A stretch of 63,197 nt of DNA, the filler included, from Nemertoderma westbladi (taxonomy: Eukaryota; Animalia; Xenacoelomorpha), in assembly GCA_032718475.1 (NCBI GenBank). It is 3 parts of 3 records of this genome, joined end to end, with 100 filler letters (N's around TTAATTAATTAA, not from the genome) between each part and the next. Parts side by side here need not be neighbours in the genome. Positions count along the whole stretch, not along the records: positions 56,910 to 63,197 come from JAUCBJ010000113.1; 2 more parts are not named here. The stretch is one strand, 5' to 3'. The notes below the pieces were generated by a model that saw only the letters and a program-made list of their open reading frames with translations, was not told where the DNA came from and ran no database searches. Both the position numbers and the translations under genes were made by a program. Below are positions 60,749-63,197 of the stretch, piece by piece (position 1 is the first letter of the stretch; every line of letters begins with the position of its first letter).

Positions 60749-62405
60749 GAGCCGCTAAGTTCCGCGATACCAGTCTATTAAGGCGGACTCGTTATCGGGC
60801 GTGGACACAACAGTAGTGGTTACTGAGGTCGCTTCCAAATGAATTGGCTCTTCCGTTTGGCCTGAGGCGTCCACGATATCAGTCTGTATTTGGCTAACCG
60901 AGAAACCAGGTTTGACGATGGGTCTCTCGATTACCGACGGATGCAGGTTTGAAACGCACACGTTCCGGAATATGGCAAAGCCACCGCTAGCTAGCTCATC
61001 GGTGGCGGAACGGCGTAACTCCCGCTGAAACAACGACTTTACGCGGAAGTGGATGTCGATGTTGGCGAAAGGGGTCAGGAAGCGTCGAAAGCAGTCGAAG
61101 TTCAAGAATTTACCGAATTCATTGAGCTTGGCGAGTTGGGTTGAAATCAGTGAAATATTACCCTAAATCTCCAAATCGCGCACTGTAGTGATTTGACACC
61201 TGCAATTATTATATGCACCTGTCGGTTGTTATAGCAACAAAACAATGGAGTGTTCCCATAACCAACATGTTCTGTATTTCCAATAGAAACATTAATTATG
61301 CAGCGTTGCCATAGCACTGGGGACGTGTCACATTATAATTAATTATTTCTCCATCTAAATACAAAATAATATCTGCAATCATTATTGCCGCTATCCTATT
61401 TATGTCGTTATTGCGATGTAAACAATAAATTGAGCCAAACATTTAAGTTTATTTAATTTTCTCGCTTAATAGATAATGTAAATAAATCCATCAATTTATC
61501 GATATGTTTGCAAAGGTTCGTATCGTTGCTGTGCGTAAGATACAATATTATATACTGTTACTGTACTGTACTGTATATGCAGTATATATTGTATATACAG
61601 TATATACATCATTATATATGTATTATTATATACATACATATATATATATACATATATACAGTATTATGTACTGTATATACAGTATTATAGACTGTACTTA
61701 CAGTATAGACAGTATATATTATTAATATTATTATTATATCTTGTACTGTTTGGGCAAGGTAACGTAATGATAACTATTTATTATATTTATTTAATAAGAA
61801 ATTTGACTTTTAATTACGCCGACCACAAGAGCGAATACGAATGCGAGAACGGACGAGCGGAGCGAGGGTGTGAGGAACAGAATAGAGATAAAGTTATATT
61901 ATTATTTATTATTATTAATATAAATTTACACCATAACTTAGAACTGAACAAAGACAGCATAGACAATTTAACTATAATATTATATGGTGATGGGGTTTCC
62001 CCCATAAAAGATACATTACATAGATTACATACATTACTTAATTTAAAATATGAGTTAATAATTATTTAAGGTACATTAAAATACACCGAGTTAAAATTAT
62101 TACTGTATGTAATTGGTCTCAAAAAGGCCGTGCTAATTATGAGATTAAACGAAGAAGTTAAAAGGGTCAGAAGACAGGATGTTATATGAAATTAGATAGA
62201 ATTATTTGTATTAAAATAAGATGAAATATATATATACGTATTAATAAAAAGGTCGGTCTCTGATGTCATAAAAATGAGATAAAATATATGCGTATTAAAT
62301 TTAAAATGAGATGCAGTAAATACGTATTAAAAGGGTCAGAGTGGATGTGAAATGTAATAAAATTTGTATTAATTAAATAAAGCATTATAGAATATAAGTC
62401 GTTAT

Positions 62406-62790
62406 CTATGGGTATAAATCGTCGAGACGAGAGTTATTATTTCTACAGTTCATCAAGACGCAGCTGCAGCACACCGACCAGCTACAAGGAATATCAATTG
62501 AGTAGTGTTTAATGAAGTACCTCCAAAATAAATCGATCAGACGAGATTTAAGCCCTACATGGTTTGTGAAATTGATTCGATTAGGTAATACATTTGCAAT
62601 GTAAGGTACTCGGAACCAAAAGTTTTGTTCTGACTTGCATTTCTTCGGCCGCACAACATTAAATAAAATCCGATCATTTGAACGAGTATTTTGGTTTGAT
62701 GGTCTGCTTAGTTTGAGGTGTTCTTCCCAGTTGATATCGCATTTTCCAGCGATAATCTTCGACAGCGTCATCAAATCTAGGAGTTGTAGG
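62406..62790 (-). mobile_element. CR1-type LINE 3' ORF2 fragment
   Basis: NTRS..QNFWFRVPYIANVLP..LKSRL..FWRYF..YSIDIPCSWSVCCSC, a C-terminus typical of invertebrate CR1 elements. Confidence 0.65.
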
Positions 62791-63197
62791 TAGAGAGAAA
62801 GGGGGATGTAAAAGCTTTTGTGGGATAACTGATACGTTTGCCTTTGCTGCCCAGTTCCCCCCCAGGCGCTGGAATACTCTAAAAAGGTTTTCTAACTGTA
62901 GATATATTCCCCTCGCCCGCAAGGTACCTTTACAGGTGTTTTAACGGACATAAAAGTAATTCTGCTATATACGTGTTTTAGTGGACATGGTAAGACAAAA
63001 AACTTGTAATGCACTAACTACCTTTCACAGCTTAGCCGTGATGATTCATATTACGACATCTAGCAGCTGGTTGCTGGCATGGAAACAGCCATTGGACGCG
63101 TGGTTCTTTGTTTGGCTTGGGCCAATCAGGGCGGTTTTTCCTGTCGACGTGTAGCTTTTCTGCCGATCATAAGGAGAGTGTTCAGTCTTACTGTTTT

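Noticed and set aside
60755-61105. 116-aa ORF in a GC-richer island
   Set aside because: No recognisable motif or splice context; cannot be assigned.

Overview
AT-rich, intron-containing eukaryotic (invertebrate animal-like) genomic DNA with two 100-nt assembly gaps. Host genes: an intronless SLC13 transporter (-); a multi-exon secreted Ig/LamG/Cys-rich protein gene (+, ~8.8-31.2 kb) whose introns hold a 7.6-kb compound satellite, an intron-containing tRNA-Tyr, a decayed RTE LINE and an intronless pentameric ligand-gated ion channel lacking both Cys-loop cysteines; DHX36 (-, 7 exons) with an intronless antisense-nested WDR4; and the 3' exons of ARPC1 (-). Mobile DNA: an internally deleted IS3EU-type transposon with ~1-kb foldback TIRs, a Copia LTR element whose 3' LTR start is replaced by poly(A), several MITEs, tRNA-SINEs, and a Crack/L2-RTE LINE chimera. 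Highlights: two unrelated small hammerhead-ribozyme retroelements in DHX36 introns, both built as '5' inverted piece + circularly permuted monomer + TSD'. One (47201-47660, ~410-nt circle) couples a tRNA-like Pol III promoter to a type I hammerhead. The other (43057-43860, 463-nt unit) looks like a miniaturised Penelope-like element. All family assignments are from motif recognition by eye; no searches were run.
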